Below, piece by piece: positions 63,501-64,000 of a stretch of DNA of 64,000 bases. The first letter of the stretch is position 1; the number at the start of each line of letters is the position of its first letter. The stretch comes from Setoptus koraiensis (lineage: Eukaryota > Animalia > Arthropoda): contig CM106585.1 in NCBI GenBank assembly GCA_048013815.1, positions 4,278,001-4,342,000 on the forward strand, read 5' to 3'. The notes beneath the pieces were generated by a model. The model was not told the origin of the DNA. It was given only the letters and a program-made list of their open reading frames with translations, and searched no databases. The position numbers were made by a program, and so were the translations under genes.

Positions 63501-64000
63501 ATCCATTAGTGCCCGGTGGCCGCCGTGGGCCGGCTTGAGACGATCGTCAGCTGATGTGGTGTACACAACAAATTTCTGGCACAACCAGATCGGCAACCAG
63601 TCACCAGTGACGCAACATCGTCCGGTAATGTGTCAGATGGCCCAATCAGCTGGCCCGGCGTCATCAATTATTGCAGTCGATCAATTATTGCAGCCAGACG
63701 GCATCAATCTTAATCTTTATGCATATTTATACTTGTGTCATAATTATGCCGACTAACAAGAGTCTTGTTACTGTTGTCGGCATTAGCATACGCGCCAGAC
63801 CAATACCTCAATATTGCCCATTGACAAATCAGAGCTGCGGGCCGATAATTATTCCGCACCCGCGATGCGCCCGCGATGAGCATCGTGTCACCTGTGCGCC
63901 TTGTCCGACGGTCACCCGAGCGGCCCGAGTCGCCCGAGCTACCTGGGCAAACTAACAAAACTACTGCTGGCGCGTAGTTTATTATACAACAGTATCTTTC

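Noticed and set aside
41700-64000. Numerous 60-240 aa ORFs on both strands
   Set aside because: They overlap in all frames, are dominated by microsatellite or tandem-repeat translations (poly-L/V/C/T, RFRA, TTK) and show no domain motifs; expected in GC-rich DNA
1-64000. Transposons, rRNA or tRNA genes
   Set aside because: No transposase/RT/integrase motifs, long terminal repeats, rRNA-like sequence or cloverleaf with A/B boxes recognised by eye; tRNAscan-SE and RepeatMasker would be decisive

Overview
Eukaryotic genomic DNA, most consistent with a compact-genome chelicerate (mite). The evidence is short GT-AG introns, heavy intron loss and a chelicerate-type mDscam; the species cannot be determined from sequence alone. 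Bases ~2-28 kb form a gene-dense, mostly AT-rich block. It holds a degenerate ACBP, a Frizzled-CRD+kringle protein with no visible TM/kinase, a small Ig protein, intronless SCFD1/Sly1, TPD52, a Costars/ABRA-like gene, a Ly6/quiver-like gene, a catalytically dead membrane-anchored papain-family protein, an NRF-6-like acyltransferase and an orphan secreted protein. A large minus-strand Dscam (9 Ig + 4 FN3, lacking FN3-3/4 and Ig10) occupies 28.6-41.7 kb. Upstream lie ~22 kb of GC-rich DNA with no recognisable protein domain, dense in short tandem duplications, perfect hairpins, GGGCCC palindromes and PAR-bZIP D-box-like motifs. No transposase, RT, rRNA, tRNA or CRISPR array was recognised. All exon models and motif counts were derived by hand.
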